DNA of 64,000 bases, taken from the NCBI GenBank assembly GCA_040755995.1, contig JBFMAF010000037.1:256001-320000 (forward strand). Direction: 5' to 3'. The notes beneath the pieces are model-generated. The model was not told where the DNA came from, made no database searches, and saw only the letters and a list, made by a program, of their open reading frames with translations. Both the position numbers and the translations under genes were made by a program. Within the stretch, counting starts at the first letter, position 1; every line of letters starts with the position of its first letter. This DNA comes from Acidobacteriota bacterium (GTDB lineage Bacteria > Acidobacteriota > CAIWXX01). This document shows, piece by piece, positions 50,451-59,704 of the stretch.

Positions 50451-51645
50451 GCCCTGCGCCGGCGAGGAAGAACACCGAGGTCAGTGCCAGCGCGCTGCCG
50501 ATGCCGTGCACGTCCGCGACGGCGCCTACTGTGTACGGTGCAAGCGCGCTGAAGGCGCGGCCGCAGTTGTACGCGAAGCCCTGCGCCGTCGCGCGCACGC
50601 GCGTCGGAAAGAGCTCGGCCAGCAGCGCGCCGAAGACGCTGAAGTATCCGTGGCCGAAGAAGCCGAGAAAAGGCCCGAGCACCAGAAGCCCGGTCTCGTG
50701 GCCGCGCAGGCCTCCGTAGATCGGGACCAGCACCGCCGCGACGACCAGGAACGCGATGAACACCGGGCGCCTTCCGAATCGATCGGCGAGGAACCCGAAA
50801 AGGACGTGGCCGACGAAGGCGCCGATCTGCATCGGGATGATCCATGCAGACGACTTCACGATCCCCATTCCGGCCCCACCTTCCTCCACCGGCGACGACA
50901 GGAACGCCGGCATCCAGCTGAAGAGTCCCCAGTAGGCGAAAAGCACGCTGGTCGTCAGAAGCGTCGCGGTGAGCGTCCGGTGCAGCGCGTCACCGGCAGT
51001 GATTTCGCGGATGGCCTGCAACGTACCCGGACGCTGGCCCTGTCTCCCTCTTACCCAGATCTCAGGCTCGGCCACGCGCCGCCGAATCCAGACGGCGAGT
51101 AGCGCGGGGAGCACGCCCACTGCGAAGAGCCCCCGCCAGCCGTGGGATGGGATGATCGCCGCGGCTAGCACCGCTGCCAGAATGTAGCCGATCGCCCATC
51201 CGGACTGCATGATCCCGATGGCCTTCCCGCGGTGCTCGTCGGGCCAAGTCTCCGAGACGAGCACCGATCCGGCCGCCCACTCGCCCCCGAGCCCGATTCC
51301 CACCAGGGCTCTCCAAAGAACCAGCTGCCACACGGTGCCGGATGTGGCGGTCATTGCGGTGAAGATTGAGTAGACTAGGATCGAGTACGTGAGCGCCTTC
51401 GCGCGTCCGATTCGGTCTGCGAGTATCCCGAAGAGAATCCCGCCGAATGCCGACGTGACCAACGTGGCCGATGCCAGCGCGCCGGCCTGGGCCGCGTCGA
51501 GCGAGAACTCGCGTCGGATCGCCGTGAGGGCGAACGCGTAGAGCATGACGTCCATGGCGTCGAGCATCCAGCCGAGCTGCGCCGCGAAAAGCGCCTTCCA
51601 CTGCTCGGGGGCGATGCTTCTGTACCAGGGACCAGACGACTCTAT
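50407..51645 (-). CDS. MFS transporter (start codon non-canonical or uncertain)
   Basis: GILADRIGR, GIGLGGEW, LADRFGRR, ELFPTRVRAT, LLPETRG. The frame extends upstream of ATG 51567 as WYRSIAPEQWKALFAAQLGW, with only ATA at 51645 available as a start. Confidence 0.88.
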   Translation of the reverse strand: MESSGPWYRSIAPEQWKALFAAQLGWMLDAMDVMLYAFALTAIRREFSLDAAQAGALASATLVTSAFGGILFGILADRIGRAKALTYSILVYSIFTAMTATSGTVWQLVLWRALVGIGLGGEWAAGSVLVSETWPDEHRGKAIGIMQSGWAIGYILAAVLAAAIIPSHGWRGLFAVGVLPALLAVWIRRRVAEPEIWVRGRQGQRPGTLQAIREITAGDALHRTLTATLLTTSVLFAYWGLFSWMPAFLSSPVEEGGAGMGIVKSSAWIIPMQIGAFVGHVLFGFLADRFGRRPVFIAFLVVAAVLVPIYGGLRGHETGLLVLGPFLGFFGHGYFSVFGALLAELFPTRVRATAQGFAYNCGRAFSALAPYTVGAVADVHGIGSALALTSVFFLAGAGLMLLLPETRGTRLA

Positions 51646-51648
51646 GTC

Positions 51649-52104
51649 TCACCGTCCCGCGGCATCGGACCTCTCATACTCGAGCTCGAAGCGCAACTTG
51701 TGCCTGGCCTCTTCTTGCGCAAGCAGCAGGAATACGTCGCGAACCGGTGAGTCGGGCACGCTCGAAGCGAGGTCCGAGTACAACCTGAATGCTGCCTTCT
51801 CCTTCCTCATTGCCACCAGCAGCGCATCCTTGTAATTCATGTCGACGGTCGGCTCAGGTTCAACCTCGTAGTCCTTGATCTGGATGTTCGGTGTCGCCTC
51901 GAGTGCAGGGAATGGGAGTCTGCCTCCCTGAATGTCTGATAGCTTCTTTCGGTGGACAAGCTCCTCGCCCGCGAACTGTTCGAAAACCTTCTTCATGTCA
52001 GGGCTCGACACGACGCGAGCGAGACCCGAATAGAATCGGAATGCACGTTCCTCCTGCTCGATGGCGTAGTCGAGCACGTCGACGATTGCCTCCAGGTAGG
52101 TCAT
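51649..52104 (-). CDS. Ferritin-like / rubrerythrin-family protein
   Basis: AIEQEERAFRFY...EELVH and AMRKEKAAFRLY...EEARH diiron motifs; GGGGAGG RBS. Confidence 0.92.
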   Translation of the reverse strand: MTYLEAIVDVLDYAIEQEERAFRFYSGLARVVSSPDMKKVFEQFAGEELVHRKKLSDIQGGRLPFPALEATPNIQIKDYEVEPEPTVDMNYKDALLVAMRKEKAAFRLYSDLASSVPDSPVRDVFLLLAQEEARHKLRFELEYERSDAAGR

Positions 52105-52184
52105 ATGTCCTCCCCTTGTCTCACTGCGATCCGGTCAGAGAAGCGGCCCCCAAAATACCAATTCCGAGACGGCCTTGCAAGCGA

Positions 52185-52487
52185 ATCGGGAGCAAGCGCA
52201 TCGACGGCGACGTTGACGTCGTGTTGCCTGTGATCGATCCACAAGGCCAACAGATGTCCGCTGTTCTGGAGGCGAAGGTGCGCCTGAGCGGGCGCGCGGT
52301 GGAGGCATGGGCCAACAGGATGCGCTCAGGCGGATTCCAGAGCGCGCTGCAAGCCGCCGGGGTGGCTGGGCCGTACCTCGTCTACACATATGGAATGCGC
52401 GTGGATCTCAGCGCGCGTGTTGCGGCCGAGAGGAATGGGATCGGCCTCCTGAGCGGCCGTGGCGAAGAAATCGAACCGCGGCCCTAG
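52185..52487 (+). pseudogene. N-truncated PD-(D/E)xK nuclease-like fragment
   Basis: DGDVDVVLPV...VLEAKVRL...LVYTYGMRVD...AAERNGIGLL. No start codon is available between the divergent ferritin gene and the D-x-D motif. Confidence 0.5.
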
Positions 52488-52565
52488 CGAGGGGCGGCCT
52501 CGGACCGATGATGCATGCGGACACTGCCGATCGCCCAGCCGCGGCACTTTGCCTCAAAGCCGGCG

Positions 52566-53858
52566 TTAGCGCGGCTGGGGTACGCTGGCCAGTTCGGCTT
52601 CCAGCGCCGAGGCGGCCTGATCGCACTCGGCGGCCGTGATCGACAGCGGCGGTTGAAACCGCAGCACGTTGCCGGCGGGCCCTCCGGCTCCGATGAGCAC
52701 TCCACGTTCGCGCATCCCTGCGCGGATGGACTTGGCTTCCTCGGGAGCGGGTTCCTTCGACTTCCGGTCTTTGACCAACTCCAAGCCGATCATCAGCCCC
52801 CGCCCTCGAACATCTCCGATCAATGCGTGCTTCTCATGAAGCCTTCTGAAGCGGGCAAGCAGCTCCTCGCCGCGCACCGTAGCGTTCTCCGCAAGCCTCT
52901 CCTCGATGATGACGGCGATGTTGGCCAGCGCCGCGGCGCACGATACCGGATTCCCGCCAAACGTCGACAGGTGATCGCCAGGCTGCATCGCGTCGCAGAC
53001 CGGCTCGCGCGCGATGAAGGCCCCAAGCGGGAAGCCGTCCGCTATCCCCTTCGCGACCGCCATGATGTCGGGCTGCGCCCCATCCGTGTGCTCGATCGCA
53101 AACATCCTGCCGGTCCGTCCGAATCCCGTCTGCACCTCGTCGGCGATGAACAGCGCGCCGATGTCATGGAAGATCTCGCTCGCTATCTTGAAATACTCCG
53201 GGGGCGGCGCAAGGATCCCGCCCTCTCCGAGTACCGGCTCCGCGACAAGCGCGGCGACATCACCCGACGTCTGCTCATGGAGGACTTCCCTGAGCGCCTG
53301 CGCGCAGGCGACGTCACAGGCCGGATACGCCATCCCGAACGGGCAACGGTAGCAATACGGCGCCGGCCCGAAAGCGACTCCGGAAAGATACGGGCCGTTG
53401 CCCTTCTTTCTCTTGCTGTTGCCCGTGATCGACAGCGTGCCGATCGTGCGCCCGTGGAAGCTGTGGCCGAGAGCCACGAGCTCGTGCCGGCCCGTCGCCT
53501 GCTTCGCCAGTCGCATCGCTCCCTCGACCGCCTCAGCCCCCGAGTTCCCGAAGAAGCTCTTCTTCAAGTCGCCCGGCGCTACCGCGGCCAGCTTTGCCGC
53601 CAGCTCGCCGACGACGGGCACCTGGTAAACGGACGAGCAACAGTGTACGAGCCGCTCCATTTGCTCGCGCGCAGCCGCGAGTATCCTCGGATGGCAGTGG
53701 CCCGCATTGACAACGGAGATCCCCGCGAAGCAGTCGAGGTATCTCCGGCCGTCATCAGCGGTCAGAGTGCGGCCCTCACTTGCCACCACCACGATCGGCT
53801 CGACACCCTTCGTCACGACGGGCATCACGAATCGAGCATACTGTTCGCGCGTCTCCAT
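52566..53858 (-). CDS. Class III aminotransferase (beta-alanine/GABA/AGXT2-like)
   Basis: YLDCFAGISVVNAGHCHP, NSGAEAVEGA, SFHGRT, DEVQTGFGRTG, AKGIADG, STFGGNP. Confidence 0.92.
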   Translation of the reverse strand: METREQYARFVMPVVTKGVEPIVVVASEGRTLTADDGRRYLDCFAGISVVNAGHCHPRILAAAREQMERLVHCCSSVYQVPVVGELAAKLAAVAPGDLKKSFFGNSGAEAVEGAMRLAKQATGRHELVALGHSFHGRTIGTLSITGNSKRKKGNGPYLSGVAFGPAPYCYRCPFGMAYPACDVACAQALREVLHEQTSGDVAALVAEPVLGEGGILAPPPEYFKIASEIFHDIGALFIADEVQTGFGRTGRMFAIEHTDGAQPDIMAVAKGIADGFPLGAFIAREPVCDAMQPGDHLSTFGGNPVSCAAALANIAVIIEERLAENATVRGEELLARFRRLHEKHALIGDVRGRGLMIGLELVKDRKSKEPAPEEAKSIRAGMRERGVLIGAGGPAGNVLRFQPPLSITAAECDQAASALEAELASVPQPR

Positions 53859-55375
53859 CACACCCACCCTTCCTTCGGCGCCTCGGCGCCGAACCAACGC
53901 TCGGTCACAACCTTCTTCCTCGTGTAGAACTCCACGGCGTCCGGTCCGTGCGCGTTGAGGTCCGCGAAGATCGACTGCTTCCATCCGCCGAAGGAGAAGA
54001 AGGCCATCGGAGCCGGCACGCCCAGGTTCACGCCGAGCATCCCGCATTGAATCCGCATCCGGAACTCTTTCACGACCGCACCGGACTGCGTGAAGATCGA
54101 CGCCGAGTTCCCGTAGCGGCTCCGATTCGCATTCGCGATGGCCTCATCCAGATCCCTGGCCCTCAAGATCACCGCTACAGGGCCGAAGATCTCTTCGCGG
54201 GCGATCGCCATGCCGGGGTCGACCTGGTCGAATACCGTCGCCCCGAGGAAACATCCGCGCGGTCTGCCCGGGACACGCACGCTGCGACCGTCCAGCACCA
54301 GCCGCGCGCCCTCGGCCAGTCCTCGCTCGATCCACCCGAGCAGTCGTTCAAGATGCTCCCGGCTGTGCACCGGGCAAAGCTCGGCGGCCGGGTCCATCCC
54401 ATCGCCAAGCCTCATCGCCCTCGATGCCTCGATGAAGCTCGCGACGACCTCGTCCTGCCGGCGGCGGTCGCCGACTGGGACAAGCACCCCGCCCGCCAGA
54501 CAGCGCTGCCCCGCGCAGCCGTACATCGAACCGGTCAGAGCCGGGAGACCGCGCGGGAGGTCGGCGTCGGGCATCACGATGAGATGGTTCTTCGCCCCGC
54601 CCAGTGCCTGCACCCGCTTCGCCGCTGACGCAGCGATTCTGTGCACCGACTCGGCCACCGCCGAGGAGCCGACGAAAGAGACCGCCTGGACCTGCTCGGA
54701 CGCGAGCAGCCTCTCGCTGACTTCGCGCCCGCCGTGAACGACGCTGACCACACCCAGCGGCAGCCCGGCCTCGCAAAAGAGCGACGCGAGCACGGCGGCG
54801 GTAAGCGGCGCCTTCTCCGACGGCTTGAGGATGAAGCTGTTGCCGCAGGCTACCGCGATCGGCATCATCCACATCGGGATCATGGCGGGGAAGTTGAACG
54901 GTGGAATGCCGGCCACCACACCCAGTGGTTCGCGCACCGAGTAGCAGTCGACGTCCTTCGATATCTCGGGAAGAGTCCTACCCATCATGTGCGTCGGAAT
55001 GCCGCAGGAGAACTCGACGACGTCGATGCCGCGGCGCACAGATCCGCGCGCCTCGCTCAGAAGCTTGCCGTTCTCCTTCACGATCAGCGCAGCGATCTCG
55101 TCGAACCGGGCCTCCAGAAGCTGCCGGTATCGGAAGAGAACGGACACCCGTTCCGGAGGAGGCGTCGCGCGCCATCCTACGAAAGCTTCCGCCGCCCTGG
55201 CACATGCCTCGTCGATCTGAGCGTCAGAAGCCTCGCGCACCTCAGCCACGACCTCGTCGGTGTCGGCCGGATTGCGAATCAGCCGCGTCTGCGACCCCTC
55301 TCCGCCCACCCATCTGCCGCCAACAAGGCTCTGATCCGGTTGAGCCTTGACCGCATTCAGTCTCGTCATTATCAC
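53858..55375 (-). CDS. mmsA: CoA-acylating (methyl)malonate-semialdehyde dehydrogenase
   Basis: PPFNFPAMIPMWM, RVQALGGAKNH, GCAGQRCLA, PAPMAFFSFGGWK, FYTRKKVVTERW. Confidence 0.93.
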   Translation of the reverse strand: MIMTRLNAVKAQPDQSLVGGRWVGGEGSQTRLIRNPADTDEVVAEVREASDAQIDEACARAAEAFVGWRATPPPERVSVLFRYRQLLEARFDEIAALIVKENGKLLSEARGSVRRGIDVVEFSCGIPTHMMGRTLPEISKDVDCYSVREPLGVVAGIPPFNFPAMIPMWMMPIAVACGNSFILKPSEKAPLTAAVLASLFCEAGLPLGVVSVVHGGREVSERLLASEQVQAVSFVGSSAVAESVHRIAASAAKRVQALGGAKNHLIVMPDADLPRGLPALTGSMYGCAGQRCLAGGVLVPVGDRRRQDEVVASFIEASRAMRLGDGMDPAAELCPVHSREHLERLLGWIERGLAEGARLVLDGRSVRVPGRPRGCFLGATVFDQVDPGMAIAREEIFGPVAVILRARDLDEAIANANRSRYGNSASIFTQSGAVVKEFRMRIQCGMLGVNLGVPAPMAFFSFGGWKQSIFADLNAHGPDAVEFYTRKKVVTERWFGAEAPKEGWV

Positions 55376-56142
55376 TCTCCTTGTGAAGCCATAGTTCGTC
55401 TGACCCGCAGAATGACCGGCGAGCCGAACCGTTCCGTCAGGCCCACGGCGCGACAGATGCGCTCGGCGGCAGCCGAGAGCGGCTGCACGCGAAGCATCCG
55501 ATGCAGCAGCATTGGAAAGAAGTACTGAGGGAAGCGGGCGCCCGGTTCGAACCCCTGCAGCCGGAGCTCATCGAGCAAGTCCGCCTCGCGGAAGCAGGTG
55601 AACGGCCGCACGGTTTCTTCATAGCGTCGCTTCACGCCGAAGAGAAGCGGAGCTGCGTAGTTGAGGCTGCGGACCGAGGGGTAGTCCAGGATGACGGCGA
55701 GGCGGCTGACACGCGCCAGCTCGGACACGAACCGCTTCCACCGTATCACGTGCGCCATGAGCCGGTAGCTCACGGTCACATCGAAAGAGGCGTCGGCGTA
55801 GGGCAGCGCCAGCAGGTCGCCGGCGTCGAACGCACAGAGCCCCTGGTCGACATACGCCTGTACGCGCTTGCGGCAGACTTCGGCGCTGCCCAATACCATC
55901 ACCTTGTGGCCGGCCCGGACGAGCGCCGGGGTGAGCTGCCCGTGGCCTCCCCCGACATCCAGCACCGTGGCGCCCGGGTACGGCCGAAGCATGGCGAGCG
56001 TGGCCCGCTCCTGCACATCAAGAAACCATCGGCCGACTCTCCCGTCGAACCTTCGCGCGTACTCGTCGGAGGATGTCTCGATATCCGCCGTTTCCAGGAA
56101 GCCGCTCTCAGCCCCCGCCAGCTCACGATCGCGCGTTCCCAT
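55372..56142 (-). CDS. Class I SAM-dependent methyltransferase
   Basis: ETADIETSSDEYARRF, VLDVGGGHGQ, LPYADASFD. Confidence 0.88.
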   Translation of the reverse strand: MGTRDRELAGAESGFLETADIETSSDEYARRFDGRVGRWFLDVQERATLAMLRPYPGATVLDVGGGHGQLTPALVRAGHKVMVLGSAEVCRKRVQAYVDQGLCAFDAGDLLALPYADASFDVTVSYRLMAHVIRWKRFVSELARVSRLAVILDYPSVRSLNYAAPLLFGVKRRYEETVRPFTCFREADLLDELRLQGFEPGARFPQYFFPMLLHRMLRVQPLSAAAERICRAVGLTERFGSPVILRVRRTMASQGE

Positions 56143-56143
56143 T

Positions 56144-56944
56144 TTATTTACAGATGTAGTAAATAACCACCAACGCTCCGAACCCGATCCGATACCATGC
56201 AAAACCCACGAAGCTGTGGTGCTGAACGAACTTCAGGAAGCCGCGGACGATCAGCAGGGCCGAGACGAAGGCAACTGCGAATCCGGCCGCGAAATCCGCG
56301 GCATCCGCCGGAGTCATCTGCCCGGCGTGCTTCGCGAGGTCGAAAAGCGTCGCGGCGAACATGGTCGGTATGGCGAGGAAGAACGAGTATTCGGTGGCGG
56401 CCCGGCGCGGTACGCCGAGGGCCATGCCGCCCATGATCGTAGCGGCCGATCGCGAGACCCCTGGGACGAGCGACAGGCACTGCGCCAGGCCGATCCCGAG
56501 GGCGTGCCGCCACGAAATCGAATCGATGGCGTCGTCGAGGGACGGGCGAGCCAGCCGTTCCACGATGAGGATCGCGATGCCTCCGGCGGCCAGCGTGAAT
56601 CCGACCAGGAGCGGCGAGAAGAGATAGAGCTTGATGTAGGAATGGAGCAGCAGGCCGGCCAGGGCCGCGGGTAGAAACGAGACGAGGATCGCCGCAGCCA
56701 AGGGGCGCTCGCTTCTGACCCACAGACAGCCCAGCAGCCGCAGCACCCGCCCGCGATACAACCACATGACCGCAAGGATCGCGCCGAGCTGGATGAAGAT
56801 CTCGAATGTCTTGGCGGTCTCGCCGGTCCACCCGAGCAGATCACCGACAAGGATCAGGTGCGCGGTCGACGACACCGGGATGAACTCCGTCACGCCCTCC
56901 ACAAGCCCCAGTATCACTGCGCCGGCCAGATCCACGAGCAGCAA
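56144..56944 (-). CDS. uppP: Undecaprenyl-diphosphate phosphatase
   Basis: GLVEGVTEFIPVSSTAH, IQLGAI, PGVSRSAATI, EYSFFLAIP, FAWYRI. Confidence 0.96.
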   Translation of the reverse strand: MLLVDLAGAVILGLVEGVTEFIPVSSTAHLILVGDLLGWTGETAKTFEIFIQLGAILAVMWLYRGRVLRLLGCLWVRSERPLAAAILVSFLPAALAGLLLHSYIKLYLFSPLLVGFTLAAGGIAILIVERLARPSLDDAIDSISWRHALGIGLAQCLSLVPGVSRSAATIMGGMALGVPRRAATEYSFFLAIPTMFAATLFDLAKHAGQMTPADAADFAAGFAVAFVSALLIVRGFLKFVQHHSFVGFAWYRIGFGALVVIYYICK

Positions 56945-57179
56945 TCTACCTCAGCGCCCCCGCCCGCGCAAACGTCAGCCGCACCGCGCGTGTTGCTCGA
57001 GTGACACATCCACCCACTTCCTACAGGCCCGCCGGGCCTGGGCCTGGGCTGCAGGGCAGAACTCGATGAGATCTCAGGAATCCCGCAGCATTGCCATCAT
57101 GGTTATCAGCCGAGGAGTCGTTTCAGAGACGGCGTCCTCTTGCAACTGCTGAGCTGACCTCCGATTCGAAGGGTCCTCC

Positions 57180-57205
57180 AGAACCAGCGACGGGGTTTCC
57201 ACGTA
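57180..57205 (+). promoter_or_regulatory. Possible ECF promoter AGAACC-N16-CGTA
   Basis: Same spacing and -10 as the 30961-30986 site, about 40 nt upstream of ATG 57247. Confidence 0.45.
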
Positions 57206-57246
57206 CATCTATTTCGATACCCATTGATGCTGAACCGGAGATTGTG

Positions 57247-58479
57247 ATGAAGCGAAAAAGAGTCTGGTGGACGATTGGAGGAGTGGCCGCGATCGTGGCG
57301 ATCGGAGGCGCCGTAGCCGCTTTCCGAGGGGGCCAGAAGCAGACGGCGGTTGCGATGGCGGTAGTGGGGCGCGAGGACCTCCAGGCCAAGGTGACTGCCA
57401 ACGGCAAGGTGCAGGCGCAGAAGAAAGTCGACATCTCGGCGACGATCGCAGGGCAGATCACCCAGCTCGCAGTCGAAGAGGGCGACCTCGTCAAGAAGGG
57501 GCAGTTCCTCCTGCAGATCGACCCTGTCAACCCGCGCGCGCTGGCGAAGAGCACCGAGTTCTCGACACAGGCTCTGCGCAAGGAGCTCGACTCGGCCCGG
57601 TTCAACTTCGAGCAGGCGCGGGCGGATGCCGAGCGAGCCGAGGCCAACCACGCCGCAGGCATCGTGCCGCTGGCCGAGCTCCAGCGGGCGCGCACCTACA
57701 AGGCCACGGCAGAGGCCGCTCTGCACGCAGCCGAAGAACGCGTGGAGCAGGCCCTCGCAACACTCGAGGGCGCTCGCGACACCCTCGCCAAGACCACCGT
57801 ACGCTCTCCCATCGACGGTGTCGTCACCGCGCGCCGCGTCGAGGAGGGTGAGGTCGCCGTCATCGGCGTCCAGAACAGCCCCGGTACCGTGCTGCTTACG
57901 ATCTCGGACATGTCCGTGGTCGAGTCTGAAATGGAAGTCGACGAGACGTCGATCCCTTCGGTCGCCGTGGCGCAGGAGGCGGTCATACGCGTCGACGCCT
58001 ATCCGAACAAGACCTTCGAGGGGGTGGTCACCGAGGTGGGCAGCTCACCAATCCTCCAATCGGGCGCGCTCACCGAAGCCATCAAGTTCAAGGTCAAGAT
58101 AAAGATCCAGAATCCGCCTCCCGGCATAAAGCCGGGCCTCTCGGTGCAGGCGGATATCATGACCGGTTTCAGACCCCAGGCGCTGACGGTCCCGATCCAG
58201 GCGCTGGTCATGCGTGAGAAGGAGCGGAAGCCTGGGCAGGCTCCGCGTCGCGGCGAGCCGCGGGATGAGGAGGGAGTCTGGATCGTCAACGCAGGCAAGG
58301 TCCGCTTTCAGCCGATCACGACGGGGCTGCTGGGCGAGCTGTCGATCGAGGTGCTGTCGGGGCTCAAAGGCGGCGAGACCATCGTCACCGGCCCGTTCCG
58401 CGCTCTCCGTGAGCTCAAGCCCGACGACGCCGTGCGCGCCGAGAAACCCGAGGAAGACGCTACAACAGCGAGCAGATGA
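57247..58479 (+). CDS. Efflux periplasmic adaptor (MFP, MacA/HlyD-like)
   Basis: N-terminal TM; GQITQLAVEEGDLVKKGQFLLQID, RSPIDGVV, IKPGLS. Confidence 0.93.
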   Translation: MKRKRVWWTIGGVAAIVAIGGAVAAFRGGQKQTAVAMAVVGREDLQAKVTANGKVQAQKKVDISATIAGQITQLAVEEGDLVKKGQFLLQIDPVNPRALAKSTEFSTQALRKELDSARFNFEQARADAERAEANHAAGIVPLAELQRARTYKATAEAALHAAEERVEQALATLEGARDTLAKTTVRSPIDGVVTARRVEEGEVAVIGVQNSPGTVLLTISDMSVVESEMEVDETSIPSVAVAQEAVIRVDAYPNKTFEGVVTEVGSSPILQSGALTEAIKFKVKIKIQNPPPGIKPGLSVQADIMTGFRPQALTVPIQALVMREKERKPGQAPRRGEPRDEEGVWIVNAGKVRFQPITTGLLGELSIEVLSGLKGGETIVTGPFRALRELKPDDAVRAEKPEEDATTASR

Positions 58480-58480
58480 C

Positions 58481-59704
58481 ATGACGGGCCGGGAACTTGT
58501 GCGCGTGGCGTTCGCAGCGCTCGCCATGCACAAGCTCCGCAGCTTCTTGACGCTGCTCGGGATCATCATCGGTGTGACGACGGTCGTCGGAGTCGCATCG
58601 GTGATCTCGGGGCTCGAGACGTACGTCCAGGATCGGATCATCAGGCTTTCTCCCGACGTCTTCCTGGTCACGAAGTTCGGGATCATCCGCAGTCGCGAGG
58701 AGTTCATGGACGCGCTGCGGCGGCCGGACATCGGTTTTCACGATCACGAAGTGCTCGCGGCGCGGCTGAGTCGCGCCGAAGCGGTGGGCGCGGACGTTAC
58801 AACCAGCGCGGCCGTGCGCTATCGCGACAAGCGTCTTCCAGACGTCAGGGTGCATGGCTCGACCGCCAACATGGGGGCGCTCATGAACGTGGACATCGAA
58901 GCGGGGCGATTTTTCACCGAGGCCGACGAGCGCGCGGGCCAGGCGGTCGCCGTCATCGGCTGGGACATCAAGGACGAGCTCTTCTCCGGACTGGATCCGA
59001 TCGGGCGCGATCTCATCGTGGGCAACAACACCTTTCGCGTCATAGGCCTGGTCGCCCAGCAGGGGCGCACTCTCGGCCAGAGCCAGGACAACCAGGTTTT
59101 CCTCCCGATCTCCGCGTTTCGCTCCCGGTGGGGGCGCCGCAGCTCGGTCGATCTGCTCATCGGCGCGCGCGGCGGGGTGCCCGGAGTGTCGGCAGCCGTC
59201 GACGAGGCGCGATCGGTGCTCAGGGCCCTCAGACACACGCCCTTCCGCGATCCTGACCCGTTCGGTGTGGTCACCGCGGAGAACCTGCAGACGCTCTGGC
59301 GGCAGATCTCGACCGCTGCGTTCGTGCTGACGCTGCTTATCTCCGGTGTCTCGCTCGGCGTCGGCGGTGTGGTCATCGCCAACATCATGTTCGTGGGTGT
59401 GGCCGAACGGACCCGCGAGATCGGCGTGCGCATGGCGGTGGGAGCGCGCAAGCGCGACATCAGGCGCCAGTTCCTGCTCGAATCCGCAATCCTTGCCACG
59501 GCCGGCGGAGTCATCGGGATCGTGCTCGGCGGGGCAGCGGGACTCGGAGTTGAACGCGTCTTGGGGTTTCCCGTGCGAGTGACGCCGGCGCTGCTCGGCG
59601 TCGGCCTCCTGCTCTCGCTCATCGTGGGTGTGGCCGCAGGTTACGTTCCGGCGCGGCACGCATCTAATCTGATCGTCGTGGAGGCTCTGAGAGACGAGAC
59701 ATGA
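58481..59704 (+). CDS. MacB-like ABC transporter permease
   Basis: KLRSFLTLLGIIIGV, GRFFT, VGGVVIANIM..VAERTREIGVRMAVGA, VEALRDE. Confidence 0.93.
   Translation: MTGRELVRVAFAALAMHKLRSFLTLLGIIIGVTTVVGVASVISGLETYVQDRIIRLSPDVFLVTKFGIIRSREEFMDALRRPDIGFHDHEVLAARLSRAEAVGADVTTSAAVRYRDKRLPDVRVHGSTANMGALMNVDIEAGRFFTEADERAGQAVAVIGWDIKDELFSGLDPIGRDLIVGNNTFRVIGLVAQQGRTLGQSQDNQVFLPISAFRSRWGRRSSVDLLIGARGGVPGVSAAVDEARSVLRALRHTPFRDPDPFGVVTAENLQTLWRQISTAAFVLTLLISGVSLGVGGVVIANIMFVGVAERTREIGVRMAVGARKRDIRRQFLLESAILATAGGVIGIVLGGAAGLGVERVLGFPVRVTPALLGVGLLLSLIVGVAAGYVPARHASNLIVVEALRDET

Noticed and set aside
51610..51651. TGA of the ferritin-like gene as selenocysteine with a SECIS
   Set aside because: The position is not a conserved Cys site and the downstream hairpin is weak.
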